Positions 1-8,754 of a stretch of 44,330 nucleotides of DNA are shown here, in pieces. The stretch is from Candidatus Limnocylindrus sp. Lineage in GTDB: Bacteria; Chloroflexota; Limnocylindria; Limnocylindrales; Limnocylindraceae. How positions within the stretch are numbered: the first letter of the stretch is position 1; the number at the start of each line of letters is the position of its first letter. The stretch covers positions 1-44,330 of the forward strand of contig JBBAWP010000005.1 of assembly GCA_040397155.1 (NCBI GenBank), given 5' to 3'. The position numbers and the translations under genes are program-made. The notes beneath the pieces are model-generated. The model was not told where the DNA came from. It saw nothing but the letters and a program-made list of their open reading frames with translations, and did no database searches.

Positions 1-1349
1 TGCGCGCACGAGGTCTCAACGTACAGGCGCTTCGCACCGCCACCTACGAAGAGGGGCTCACCGCCGCGCACGCACAGGCACCGATCACGCACCTGCTCGC
101 AATGGAACCTGCCGCACCGCAACTCACTGCGCGCATGCAGGCCTGGGCCGAGCAGACCGGCGTGCAGCTCAGCATTGTGCCGAACGAGCTCTGGCTGACC
201 ACGCGCGATGAGTGGGAGGATTTTGCGAGCGGACGCAAGGAGTTGCGCATGGAGTTCTGGTACCGCCGCGTTCGTAAGGCGCGCGGTTGGTTGATGGAGC
301 CCGGCGCAGGCGACGAACCGCTAGGGGGCGTATGGAATCTTGATCAGGAGAATCGCCGCCGCTTGCCAAAGGGGGCGGTGGTACCGAGCGCGCCGCACTT
401 CCCTCCAACAGAGACTGCGCAGGAAGTGATCAACGAGGTGCGCGCCGAATCGGCGGCACACTTCGGCGAGGTTGACTTGTTTGGGTGGCCAACGAACCGG
501 GGGCAGGCCCTTGAAGCACTTGAGCGCTTCTGCACGGAACGTCTGGCGGACTTCGGTCCGTACGAGGATGCGATGTCGCGTGAGCACGAGCACCTCTACC
601 ACTCACTCCTCTCAAGCGCGATGAATCTAGGCCTGCTCACCGCACACGAGATCAGCATCCGTGCACTGGATGAATTCGCACGCCGCCCGACTGAGATTCC
701 ACTGCAGTCAATTGAGGGGTTCATCCGACAGATTCTCGGTTGGCGCGAGTTTATGCACCACGCCTACGATCGATTCTGGAAGGAGTGGGAGACGTCAAAC
801 GGACTCAACCACACCGAACCGCTCCCTTCGTTCTACTGGAGCGGCGAGACGAAGATGGCGTGCATCTCTCGGGTCGTACGGAAGCTCATCAGCGGCGGCC
901 ATGCGCACCACATTGAGCGCCTGATGTTGCTCGGAAACTTCGCACTGCTGATTGGTGTGCGCCCGCAAGAAGTAGACGCGTGGTTCCTTGAGACATTCGT
1001 TGACGCGCACCCTTGGGTGGTGACCCCCAACGTAGTCGCAATGAGTCAGTTTGCAGACCTAGGGAAGATCACCAGCAAGCCGTACATCTCAGGGGGCGCG
1101 TACGTCTCGCGCATGGGGGACGACTGCTCTGCATGTGCCTACGATCCAACGCTCTCTACTGGCGACCGTGCGTGTCCGTTCACCACGCTCTACTGGGATT
1201 TCATTGACCGTCATGCGGAGCGATTTGTGAAGAACCCGCGCATGGCTCGTCAGGTGCGATCGTGGGAGTCACGAAAAGAGACGGTGCGCACCGCGATCCT
1301 CGAAGAGGCGAAGCTGATCCGAGCGCGCGCCCAGCGAGGCGAACTGTGA
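1..1349 (+). CDS. Cryptochrome/photolyase family protein, FeS-BCP ((6-4) photolyase PhrB/CryB-like); 5'-truncated by the window edge
   Basis: Frame is open from base 3 (RARGLNVQ...MEP). Motifs GGVWNLDQENR, FGPYEDAM, LYHSLLS, EGFIRQILGWREF, HHIERLM, KPYISGGAY. Four putative [4Fe-4S] cysteines (MAC, DDCSAC, ACPF). Confidence 0.9.
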   Translation, partial: RARGLNVQALRTATYEEGLTAAHAQAPITHLLAMEPAAPQLTARMQAWAEQTGVQLSIVPNELWLTTRDEWEDFASGRKELRMEFWYRRVRKARGWLMEPGAGDEPLGGVWNLDQENRRRLPKGAVVPSAPHFPPTETAQEVINEVRAESAAHFGEVDLFGWPTNRGQALEALERFCTERLADFGPYEDAMSREHEHLYHSLLSSAMNLGLLTAHEISIRALDEFARRPTEIPLQSIEGFIRQILGWREFMHHAYDRFWKEWETSNGLNHTEPLPSFYWSGETKMACISRVVRKLISGGHAHHIERLMLLGNFALLIGVRPQEVDAWFLETFVDAHPWVVTPNVVAMSQFADLGKITSKPYISGGAYVSRMGDDCSACAYDPTLSTGDRACPFTTLYWDFIDRHAERFVKNPRMARQVRSWESRKETVRTAILEEAKLIRARAQRGEL

Positions 1350-2632
1350 GCCGCGCACGTGAAGGCCATCCCGCCTGGCGACGAATTGTTGCGGTCTATA
1401 TCGCGGTGCAGTTTGCCGAGATCTTCGGGGTGAGCATGATCTACTCGTACCTTCCACTCGCGCTGGAGGGGACGGGCGTGCCGATCGGCGACATCGCTTC
1501 GCTGACTGGCATCGCAATCGCAGGTCTCTTTGTCATTGGCGCGCCGCAAGTACCAATCTGGCTCGCGATTGCCGAGCTTCGCTCTCGTCGACTCGTCATC
1601 GTCCGCAGTGGGTTGATTGCGCTGGCCGCACTGATCGCATTCGCAGTGGCAGATCAGGCCTGGCAGCTGGTTGCTGCGACTGTGGCACTCGGCTTCTGGC
1701 TCGGCAACACCGGCGTCATGCTCGCCACGATTCGTGAAGTTGCGCCAGCGAGCGAGCGTGCGCGTGTCATCTCACTCTTCAGTGCCGCCGCGCCAATGGG
1801 CTTCGCCGCAGGACCGCTCCTTGCGGCATGGCTGATCGGCGGTCTCGGTCTGACACTCGCCGCGCCGATCGCCGTCGCAGCGCTGCTGAACGGCGTCCTC
1901 ATCGTGGCAAACATCATTGCGATTCCTGACGTGCGCCCGACCGTCCAGCAGCGGGGGAGTGTGCTCCAGGTTGCGAAGCGCGGCATCGTAGAGGTGCTCA
2001 CGGATCCGATCGCGCGTGCCGGCTACCTGGTGCTGATGTTGGCGATCGCAGGAGAGCGCATGCTCCGCCCTGCGCTACCGCTGCGCATTGCAGAAGTTTC
2101 GATTGGACCAGACGTGGCGGGGATGGCGGAGCCACTCGCAACCCCTGGCGTCGCTGGTGCTGTTGGGCTGCTGATCGGCCTCACCGCGCTCGCCGGTGCT
2201 GTTGCCGCGCCAGCGATCGCCTTCTACGCCTTCCGCCGCGTCGGAATCGCGCGCAGCGCGGGGGCTGCCTTCGCCGCAGGCGCGGTAGCCGCCGTCGCAC
2301 TCGCCGTGGCGCCAACCCTGCCGCTCCTTGCCGCCGCCGTCACCGTGATCGCCGCCGTCTCCGCCCTCTTGCAGGCGGCAGTCTTCACCTGGCTTGCAGA
2401 GCGCGTTGCCCCTGCACGTCGCTCGGCTGCGCTCAGCCTCTCGCTCTTTCCGTTGTACGCCGGAAATGTTGCAGGGCTCGCCGCAGCCTCCAGCGCCGCA
2501 CGCATTGGCTCTCCACGCGAAGGGGACCTTCTCGCGCTCACTCCGATCTTTGCCGCATCGGCGCTCGTACTCGCTGCGGGCGTGGTTTCAGCCGCGCTGC
2601 TTCACCGCCGCCGCGCTACGCTCCGTGCATGA
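1346..2632 (+). CDS. MFS transporter
   Basis: About 12 hydrophobic segments; degenerate motif A (AELRSRRLVI), ERARVISLFSAAAPMGFAAGPLLA. A GTG start overlapping the upstream TGA (GTGA) is preferred over the ORF-track start at 1262. Confidence 0.8.
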   Translation: MSRAREGHPAWRRIVAVYIAVQFAEIFGVSMIYSYLPLALEGTGVPIGDIASLTGIAIAGLFVIGAPQVPIWLAIAELRSRRLVIVRSGLIALAALIAFAVADQAWQLVAATVALGFWLGNTGVMLATIREVAPASERARVISLFSAAAPMGFAAGPLLAAWLIGGLGLTLAAPIAVAALLNGVLIVANIIAIPDVRPTVQQRGSVLQVAKRGIVEVLTDPIARAGYLVLMLAIAGERMLRPALPLRIAEVSIGPDVAGMAEPLATPGVAGAVGLLIGLTALAGAVAAPAIAFYAFRRVGIARSAGAAFAAGAVAAVALAVAPTLPLLAAAVTVIAAVSALLQAAVFTWLAERVAPARRSAALSLSLFPLYAGNVAGLAAASSAARIGSPREGDLLALTPIFAASALVLAAGVVSAALLHRRRATLRA

Positions 2633-3669
2633 GCAACATCCAGACTGTCAACGGCGTTATTGATTCCGCGCAGCTCGGTCTGACGCTGACTCACGAACAC
2701 ATCTTGAACGACGTGCTCTCGTGGTGGCACCCACCGCTTAACGATTCGCCGCGCGCACGCGCGCTTGTTGACGAGAAGGTCTCCATGGAGAACCTGTGGG
2801 AGTTGCGTCACGATCCGTTTGTCAACAAGGACAACTGCACAATGACCGATCGCGCGCTCGCAGTGAAAGAGTTGCAGCGATTTGCGGCGCAGGGTGGAAA
2901 AAGCATCATTGAGACGAGTGCGGACGGAAACGGCCGAGACCCAGAGGGGCTCGCCGAGATCAGCCGCACGACTGGCCTCAACATCATCATGGGAACTGGC
3001 TACTACCTTGATGCATCGCAACCTGCGGAGAACGATGCAAAGAGTGAGCGCGATATTGCGGAGGAGATCATCCGCGACATCACCGAAGGTGCGCGCGGGA
3101 CAAAGGTGCGCTCCGGCATCATCGGTGAGATCGGCGTGGGGAGCAGCTTCACCGCACGCGAGAAGAAGTCACTCGCCGCCGCATGTGTCGCACAGCGCGA
3201 GACGCACCTCCCCATGCAGGTCCACATGCCCGCCTGGTTCCGATACGGCGATGAGGTCCTCGACTTCTGCGCCGCACGTGGCGTGCCGATGGAGAGCATC
3301 GTCCTCTGCCACTCCAATCCATCTGGTGACGACTATGACTACCAGTCCCGCCTGATCAACCGCGGCGCATACATCCAGTACGACATGATCGGCATGGAGG
3401 TCTTCTATGCAGATCAGCAGGCGCAGTGCCCGAGTGGAGACGACGACGCGCGCAACATCGCACGCCTCGTTGCGAACGGACACGGCGCGCGCGTACTCAT
3501 GTCACAGGACATCTTCCTGAAGAGCCTGCTGCGCACGTACGGCGGTCCAGGCTACGGACATCTGATCGAGTTCTTCTTGCCGCGCCTCGAGCGGCACGGT
3601 CTGCCACTCGAGCGTTCGCTGGCACTGATGACGGATAATCCGCGCAGGTTGTTTGAAGAGGCGCGTTAA
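2629..3669 (+). CDS. Phosphotriesterase-family (PTE/PHP/PTER-like) binuclear metal amidohydrolase/lactonase
   Basis: GLTLTHEH, GRDP..L..IS..TGLNII.GTGYY, GIIGEIG (bridging Glu type), QVH, LCH, SQD metal ligands; DNPRRLF C-terminus. Confidence 0.9.
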   Translation: MSNIQTVNGVIDSAQLGLTLTHEHILNDVLSWWHPPLNDSPRARALVDEKVSMENLWELRHDPFVNKDNCTMTDRALAVKELQRFAAQGGKSIIETSADGNGRDPEGLAEISRTTGLNIIMGTGYYLDASQPAENDAKSERDIAEEIIRDITEGARGTKVRSGIIGEIGVGSSFTAREKKSLAAACVAQRETHLPMQVHMPAWFRYGDEVLDFCAARGVPMESIVLCHSNPSGDDYDYQSRLINRGAYIQYDMIGMEVFYADQQAQCPSGDDDARNIARLVANGHGARVLMSQDIFLKSLLRTYGGPGYGHLIEFFLPRLERHGLPLERSLALMTDNPRRLFEEAR

Positions 3670-3686
3670 GCGCAGAAGGGGGAGCG

Positions 3687-4430
3687 ATGAAGGTCTTGCT
3701 GGTTGGAGAGTCATGGGTATCTGAGGCAACGCACTACAAGGGCTTTGACTCCTTCACGTCGGTCACCTTCCACTCGGGCGCCGACTGGTACAACGCGGCG
3801 TTGCGCAGCAAGGGGATGGAGGTTGAGCAGCTCTACGCGCACGATGTCCCAGCGAAGTTTCCATTCACCAAAGAGGGACTCGACGCCTACGACGTGATCG
3901 TCCTCTCTGACATTGGGACAAACTCCTTCCTGCTCCCAACAGAGACGTGGCTGCAGGGGAAGTCCATGCCGAATCGGTTGACGCTACTCGCCGAGTGGGT
4001 GAAGGGTGGTGGGGCGCTGATCATGGCTGGCGGATACCTCAGCTTCCAAGGCTTTGAGGCGAAGGCGCGCTTCGCGGGTACCGCTGTTGAAGAGGTGCTC
4101 CCTGTGACCTGCTACACGCACGATGATCGCGCGGAGACGCCCGAGGGTGCTGTCCCTGTGATCAACGATGCTGCACACCCGGTCCTTGCCGGTGTTCCAT
4201 CTGGCATGCCAGCGCTGCTCGGATACAACCGCGTGCAGTTGAAGTCAGGTGCAACGCTGATCGCTTCGGTGAACGGCGATCCACTGATTGCCTCATCTCA
4301 GGTCGGCAAGGGGCGAACGCTCGTCTGGACGTCAGACATTGGACCGCACTGGTGCCCTGAGCCGTTCGTGAAGTGGGAGGGCTTCGCCCCACTGATGGCG
4401 AACATGATCAACTGGGTCGCGGGAAAATGA
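3687..4430 (+). CDS. Class I glutamine amidotransferase-like protein (DUF1355 / STM3548-like)
   Basis: KVLLVGESW, YDVIVLSDIG.NSFLL, GGALIMAGGYLSFQG, WTSDIGPHW; RBS GGGGAG. Confidence 0.85.
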   Translation: MKVLLVGESWVSEATHYKGFDSFTSVTFHSGADWYNAALRSKGMEVEQLYAHDVPAKFPFTKEGLDAYDVIVLSDIGTNSFLLPTETWLQGKSMPNRLTLLAEWVKGGGALIMAGGYLSFQGFEAKARFAGTAVEEVLPVTCYTHDDRAETPEGAVPVINDAAHPVLAGVPSGMPALLGYNRVQLKSGATLIASVNGDPLIASSQVGKGRTLVWTSDIGPHWCPEPFVKWEGFAPLMANMINWVAGK

Positions 4431-4900
4431 AGCTGAACGCGCCACGCGTCGCCGCCTACGAGTCCGCAACGCGCACTTTTCTTGAGCAGGCTGCCGCGCT
4501 TGATCCGGCGACACTCGACCTCAAGCACCCCGAAGGGTGGTCGCCACGGCAGGTGATCCATCATCTCGCGGACAGCGAGGCGCAGTCATACGCGCGGCTA
4601 CGACGACTCGTGGCTGAGCCGCTCGGTTCAATCATTCAGGGGTACGACGAAGGCCTCTGGGCCGCACACCCAGCACTCGGGTACGAACGCGATCCGATTG
4701 ACACGTCACTTGCGGTGTTCGCTGCGGTGCGTGCCGGCTCACTCGCCGTGTTGCAGCACCTTGAAGACGAAGATCTCGCGCGTTATGGCGAGCACACAGA
4801 GAGCGGCAGGTACACGATCGCCGACTGGCTCGCGGGTTACTCGAAACATCCACTAGATCACGGCGAACAGATCGCGAAGGCGCTGCGCGGCGAGAAGTAG
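4427..4900 (+). CDS. DinB/YfiT-superfamily protein
   Basis: WSPRQVIHHLADSE, IQGYDEGLWA, H...H C-terminal metal residues (KHPLDHGEQI); ATG overlaps the upstream TGA. Confidence 0.85.
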   Translation: MKLNAPRVAAYESATRTFLEQAAALDPATLDLKHPEGWSPRQVIHHLADSEAQSYARLRRLVAEPLGSIIQGYDEGLWAAHPALGYERDPIDTSLAVFAAVRAGSLAVLQHLEDEDLARYGEHTESGRYTIADWLAGYSKHPLDHGEQIAKALRGEK

Positions 4901-4906
4901 CGCTGG

Positions 4907-4933
4907 GCACGCCGCGAGACTCGCGGCGCGTGC
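4907..4933. terminator. GC-rich hairpin between convergent dinB and citrate synthase genes (possible bidirectional terminator, no U-tract)
   Basis: CGCCGCGA-gac-TCGCGGCG at 4910-4928, extendable by flanking GCAC/GTGC. Confidence 0.45.
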
Positions 4934-4935
4934 GA

Positions 4936-6030
4936 TCAACCGGGGAGGTGGCGCTCCGGATGCCCGATGTATCGCGCGTCTGGGCGAATGATCTTGTCAA
5001 CGCCCGCCTGCTCAATCACATGGGCTGACCAGCCGGCGATGCGTGCGATCGCGAACGTGGCGGGGAAGAGATCAGGCGCAAGGCCAACACCCTGGAGAAC
5101 CGCTGCCGCGTAGAACTCAACATTTGTCTTCATCGCGCGACCTGGCTTCATCTCCTCAAAGACGCGAAGGATCACCTCTTCTGCGCCAATCGCAAGGTCA
5201 AGCCAGTCGGGACGGTTTGGCATCGCCTCCGCCACTTTGCGAAGTGCGGCAGCACGCGGATCGTATGCGCGATACACGCGATGCCCGAAGCCCATGATTA
5301 GTTCGCGTCGCGCGAGCTTGCCGCGCGCCCAGTCTTCTGCGCGATCAATGGATCCGATCTCGCCAAGTTGCCCGATCACTTCGGCGGGTGCGCCGCCGTG
5401 AAGTGGTCCCTTAAGACCGCCGATCGCTCCGCAGATTGCAGAGGCAATGTCTGAGCGCGTGGCGATGATTGCGCGCGCGGCGAACGTGCTCGCGTTGAGG
5501 CCGTGCTCCGCACCCGCCATCAAATACGCGTCGAGCGCGCGTGCGGTTCCTTGCTCTGGTGTCTTGCCGTGCAGCTGCTGCAAGAAGGCCGCGGCAATAC
5601 CGAGGCCTGGCTCTGGATCGATAGGTTCGAGTCCCTGACGAAGTCTCGCGAATGCGGCGAGTGCAGATGGCGCAAACGCTGCAATCTTTCGTGCCTCATC
5701 TGCGGTGGGCGGCCAGCCGAGTCGTTCACCCGCCCCCCAGACAGAGATCGCGGTGCGAAGCGCATCCATTGGGTGTGCGTGCGCAGGGAGGAGCCTGAGT
5801 GCAGCAAGAACTGCGGGTGGAACCTTGACTGGCTCAAGGACTGCGTCCGGGTGCCACTCACCGGTGAGGAGAAGATCGAGCACGCTTGCATAGGTTCCCT
5901 TGGCGACAACCTCTTCAATGGGGTAGCCGCGGTAGAGCAACTTTCCGTTTGCGCCGTCTACAAAACCGATCGCGGTCTCCGCGCCAATAACGCCCGCGAG
6001 CCCTGGGCTAAACGGCTTCTCTTCGCTCAT
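4936..6030 (-). CDS. Citrate synthase / 2-methylcitrate synthase (short dimeric type)
   Basis: GKLLYRGY, AEHGLNASTF, KGPLHGGA, MGFGHRVY..YDPRA, NVEFY, RIAGWSAH, IIRP. Confidence 0.92.
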   Translation of the reverse strand: MSEEKPFSPGLAGVIGAETAIGFVDGANGKLLYRGYPIEEVVAKGTYASVLDLLLTGEWHPDAVLEPVKVPPAVLAALRLLPAHAHPMDALRTAISVWGAGERLGWPPTADEARKIAAFAPSALAAFARLRQGLEPIDPEPGLGIAAAFLQQLHGKTPEQGTARALDAYLMAGAEHGLNASTFAARAIIATRSDIASAICGAIGGLKGPLHGGAPAEVIGQLGEIGSIDRAEDWARGKLARRELIMGFGHRVYRAYDPRAAALRKVAEAMPNRPDWLDLAIGAEEVILRVFEEMKPGRAMKTNVEFYAAAVLQGVGLAPDLFPATFAIARIAGWSAHVIEQAGVDKIIRPDARYIGHPERHLPG

Positions 6031-6299
6031 CTGCGTGGCCTCCGATCAACAAACTCAATGGCGAGCCTTAAGAGTACCGAACCGAGCAGCGCGACGAAGA
6101 GCGACCCAAGGAAGCCTCCCGCATCACCGAACCCAGTGCTCTTCGCGAGCGTTCCACCAATTAGGCCGCCAAGAATGCCGACCAGGATGTTGGCGAGGCA
6201 GCCTCGCGCCGCACGTCCACGGATGAGCCATGAGGAGAGCCCTCCGGCGAGAAAGCCGAGGAGTGCCCAACCGATCGGATCGAGATCGAAGAAGTCCAT
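6027..6299 (-). CDS. GlsB/YeaQ/YmgE transglycosylase-associated small membrane protein
   Basis: Three Gly-rich TM helices; GCLANILVGILGGLIGG and SLFVALLGSVLL patterns. Confidence 0.85.
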   Translation of the reverse strand: MDFFDLDPIGWALLGFLAGGLSSWLIRGRAARGCLANILVGILGGLIGGTLAKSTGFGDAGGFLGSLFVALLGSVLLRLAIEFVDRRPRR

Positions 6300-6306
6300 C
6301 AGCGCG

Positions 6307-6372
6307 ATCGTACGCCCCCCGAGAGAATCGCGAAGCGAGGCGTGCCAGCCCCCGAAGTGCCTCGGCTAGACT
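6307..6372. promoter_or_regulatory. Divergent -10 elements for probably leaderless transcripts of the GlsB-family gene and aspC
   Basis: TACGAT (minus strand, 6307-6312) is 7 nt from ATG 6299; TAGACT (6367-6372) is 6 nt from ATG 6379; no SD before either start. Confidence 0.6.
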
Positions 6373-6378
6373 CACCTC

Positions 6379-7605
6379 ATGGTGGACGGCAGCCTCTCCG
6401 CAAAGATCAGCAGCGCCCCTTCTGATCCCATCTTTGGGATTGTGGAGGCCTTCCGCGCCGACCCTCGTCCAGAGAAGATCAACCTTGCCGCTGGTGTCTA
6501 TATGGAGGAGAACGGCGTCACGCCGATCCTCGCCAGCGTTCGAGAGGCCGAGCGCCGTCTCCTTGCCAACTCAACCACCAAGCTTTACAAGCCGATCGGC
6601 GGCGACCCAGCGCTCGTAAAGTTGATGCGCGCACTTATCTTCCGCGAGCCTGGAGCCCCATTCGGCACGCTCCCGCCGATCGCGACCAGCGGACGCGTGG
6701 AGGTGCTTCACACACCAGGCGGAACCGGAGCCGTTCGGCTCGCCGTGGAGTTGGTGGCACGCTTGCGACCAGCGGCTCAGATTTGGGTGAGCGATCCAAC
6801 CTGGCCGAATCATCCACAGATTGCCGACGCGGTTGGCGTGCGCCACCGATCACATCCATGGACCACCGCCAACGTTCGCGAGCTTGATATGGGAGCGCTC
6901 CTCGATGCAATCGCGGCGGCGGCACCTGGCGACGCCTTCATCTTCCATGGCGCCTGCCACAATCCAACTGGCATTGATCCAACCGCTGCACAGTGGGGTG
7001 AGATTGCGAACGCCGTTGCAGCGCGCGGCGTGCTCCCCATCCTTGACTTTGCCTACCAGGGACTCGGCGACGGACTCATTGAAGATGCCGCCTCACTTCG
7101 TGCCTTCCTCGCCACAGGCTGTGAGGTCCTTGTTGCTGCGAGCGCGAGTAAGAACTTCGCTCTCTATGACGAACGAGTCGGCGCACTCGCCATTGTTGCG
7201 GCGGATCCAGCCGCCGCCGCTGCCATCCTCACGCATGCGAAAGTTGCAATTCGCGCCGCCTGGTCAAATCCACCTGGACACGGGGGGGAGATCGTTGCGG
7301 AGATCCTTGGTGACGACGCACTGCGCGCGCAATGGGAGGGTGAAGTCACCGCAATGCGTGAGCGCATCAATGGGAATCGGCGCGCCTTTGTGGACGCGCT
7401 CGCACAGGCTGGCGCAGGCGACTTCTCACACCTCCTCAGCGGGCGCGGCATGTTCTCACTGCTCGGACTCAGCGATGCGCAGCTTGCGCAACTTCGCGAT
7501 GAGCAGGCGATCTATCTCGTGGCGCGCGGCCGCATCAACTTTGCTGGCCTCTCCGCCGTGAAGATTCCAATCGTGGCAAAGGCGGTCGCAGCGCTGCTGC
7601 GCTGA
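6379..7605 (+). CDS. aspC: Aspartate/aromatic amino acid aminotransferase (AspC/TyrB, subfamily I-alpha)
   Basis: DPIFG, KINLAAGVY, TPGGTGA, SDPTWPNH, HGACHNPTGIDP, DFAYQG, SASKNFALYDERVG (PLP Lys), GRIN. Confidence 0.92.
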   Translation: MVDGSLSAKISSAPSDPIFGIVEAFRADPRPEKINLAAGVYMEENGVTPILASVREAERRLLANSTTKLYKPIGGDPALVKLMRALIFREPGAPFGTLPPIATSGRVEVLHTPGGTGAVRLAVELVARLRPAAQIWVSDPTWPNHPQIADAVGVRHRSHPWTTANVRELDMGALLDAIAAAAPGDAFIFHGACHNPTGIDPTAAQWGEIANAVAARGVLPILDFAYQGLGDGLIEDAASLRAFLATGCEVLVAASASKNFALYDERVGALAIVAADPAAAAAILTHAKVAIRAAWSNPPGHGGEIVAEILGDDALRAQWEGEVTAMRERINGNRRAFVDALAQAGAGDFSHLLSGRGMFSLLGLSDAQLAQLRDEQAIYLVARGRINFAGLSAVKIPIVAKAVAALLR

Positions 7606-7618
7606 CGGTGGTGCAGTC

Positions 7619-8515
7619 GTGAAGCTGATTGCGCCACGACTCGTCCCTCGCGTGTGGGGCGGCACTCGGCTCGCAGGACTCTTCCCGGACGCAGCGCCAC
7701 AGGAGCCGGCACAGGTGCGCCTGGCACAGGTGCGAATTGGAGAAGCGTGGTTCGGCGAGATTGGTGACCGACGCCCACTCGTGAAGCTGCTTGACGTCCA
7801 TGATCGACTCTCTGTTCAAGTACATCCGAGTGACGCACTTGCTGCAGAGCTGCACGGCGCGGGCTCGCTCGGCAAACATGAAGCCTGGATCATCCTTGAA
7901 GCGGCGCCCAACGCACACTTACTCCTCGGGCGAGACCCGAACGTGGAGCCTTTCCGTGTTGATGCGGCGCTTGAGAATGGCGAAGACGTGGCGCCGCTCC
8001 TGGCGCGCGTGGCGGTGTCTCCCGGAGACGTCCTTGATGTTCCGCCAGGAACCCTTCATGCACTGATGCCTGGGCTCTTGGTCTGGGAGGTACAGCAGCC
8101 CTCTGACCTCACCTATCGCGTCAGCGACTGGGGGCGAAACAGCAGCGAGAGACCCTTGCATCACGCCGAAGCTCGCCGCGCCACTCACTCCGATGCGGTG
8201 GCGCAACGGATCTCAACGATTGATTGGCTCTCTCCTGGACACCATCGCATCTTGGCCGGGCCTGAATTCCAGATTGCTGCGGTGATTGGACCGTGGAGCG
8301 GCGACCTTGCAACGCCGCTCGGTGCTACCGCAACCCTTGTCACGCAAGTCCCAACCTCCGCCCAATTTGCGGGCGGCAGTGTGGCTACGGTTGGCGGAGT
8401 AAGCATGAGCGCGCTTCAGAGCATCAGCGCCCCTGTCGGCATCCACGCAATCTCGCTCCCATCTGGCGCCGCACTCCTGATCGCAGAGCCTGGGGTGCCA
8501 CGCGCGCAGGAGTAA
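7619..8515 (+). CDS. manA: Class I mannose-6-phosphate isomerase (cupin), compact form
   Basis: RVWGGTRL, IGEAW, LVKLLD...LSVQVHP, GKHEAW, PPGTLHA, EVQQPSDLTYR..DWGR, RPLH. Confidence 0.8.
   Translation: MKLIAPRLVPRVWGGTRLAGLFPDAAPQEPAQVRLAQVRIGEAWFGEIGDRRPLVKLLDVHDRLSVQVHPSDALAAELHGAGSLGKHEAWIILEAAPNAHLLLGRDPNVEPFRVDAALENGEDVAPLLARVAVSPGDVLDVPPGTLHALMPGLLVWEVQQPSDLTYRVSDWGRNSSERPLHHAEARRATHSDAVAQRISTIDWLSPGHHRILAGPEFQIAAVIGPWSGDLATPLGATATLVTQVPTSAQFAGGSVATVGGVSMSALQSISAPVGIHAISLPSGAALLIAEPGVPRAQE
7696..7734 (+). repeat. Short in-frame tandem duplication in manA (PQEP-AQVRL-AQVR)
   Basis: GGCACAGGTGCG at 7708-7719 and 7723-7734, with a degenerate copy GCCACAGGAGCC at 7696-7707. Confidence 0.7.
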
Positions 8516-8587
8516 GGCACGCCCCTAGATTTGATTGCGTTTTCTAAACATTCGGGGTTTTCCGCACGAATTCGGTCGTTTTGCAGG

Positions 8588-8624
8588 AAAAAAAGTTGCG
8601 CATGCGCGACGCCTCGTTCATGAT
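8588..8624 (+). promoter_or_regulatory. Putative sigma70 promoter of the liv operon with A-tract UP element
   Basis: A7 (8588-8594), TTGCGC (8596-8601), 17-nt spacer, CATGAT (8619-8624); AT-rich upstream DNA; palindrome GCGCATGCGC overlaps the -35. Confidence 0.55.
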
Positions 8625-8631
8625 GTGCTTC

Positions 8632-8734
8632 CTCGACTGTATCGGGCGCAGCCGCACCAACGTCATGGCGAAAGCCGCAGCGTGGTGATCGCATAGCCCG
8701 AATCAGCCCCGAGCCCGCGTCGGATCCGGCGCGG
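8632..8734 (+). ncRNA. Structured leader RNA upstream of livK (long rod with GAAA tetraloop, SRP-domain-IV-like apex, plus a second hairpin)
   Basis: Nested pairings CTCG/CGAG, CTG/CAG, TCGGGC/GCCCGA, CACCA/TGGTG, GGC-GAAA-GCC; second hairpin CCGCGTCGG/CCGGCGCGG at 8715-8734. Confidence 0.4.
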
Positions 8735-8754
8735 AATAGTAGAAGGAGGACCTC

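Noticed and set aside
5503-6369. 288-aa plus-strand ORF opposite citrate synthase and the GlsB-family gene
   Set aside because: Antisense shadow spanning two well-supported genes; no motifs.
8625-8754. T-box, glycine, c-di-GMP or leader-peptide attenuator upstream of livK
   Set aside because: I could not find their diagnostic motifs (T-box bulge and specifier stem, GGAGA/CCGAAG, GGCAAAC/GCAAAG, Leu-rich uORF with terminator).
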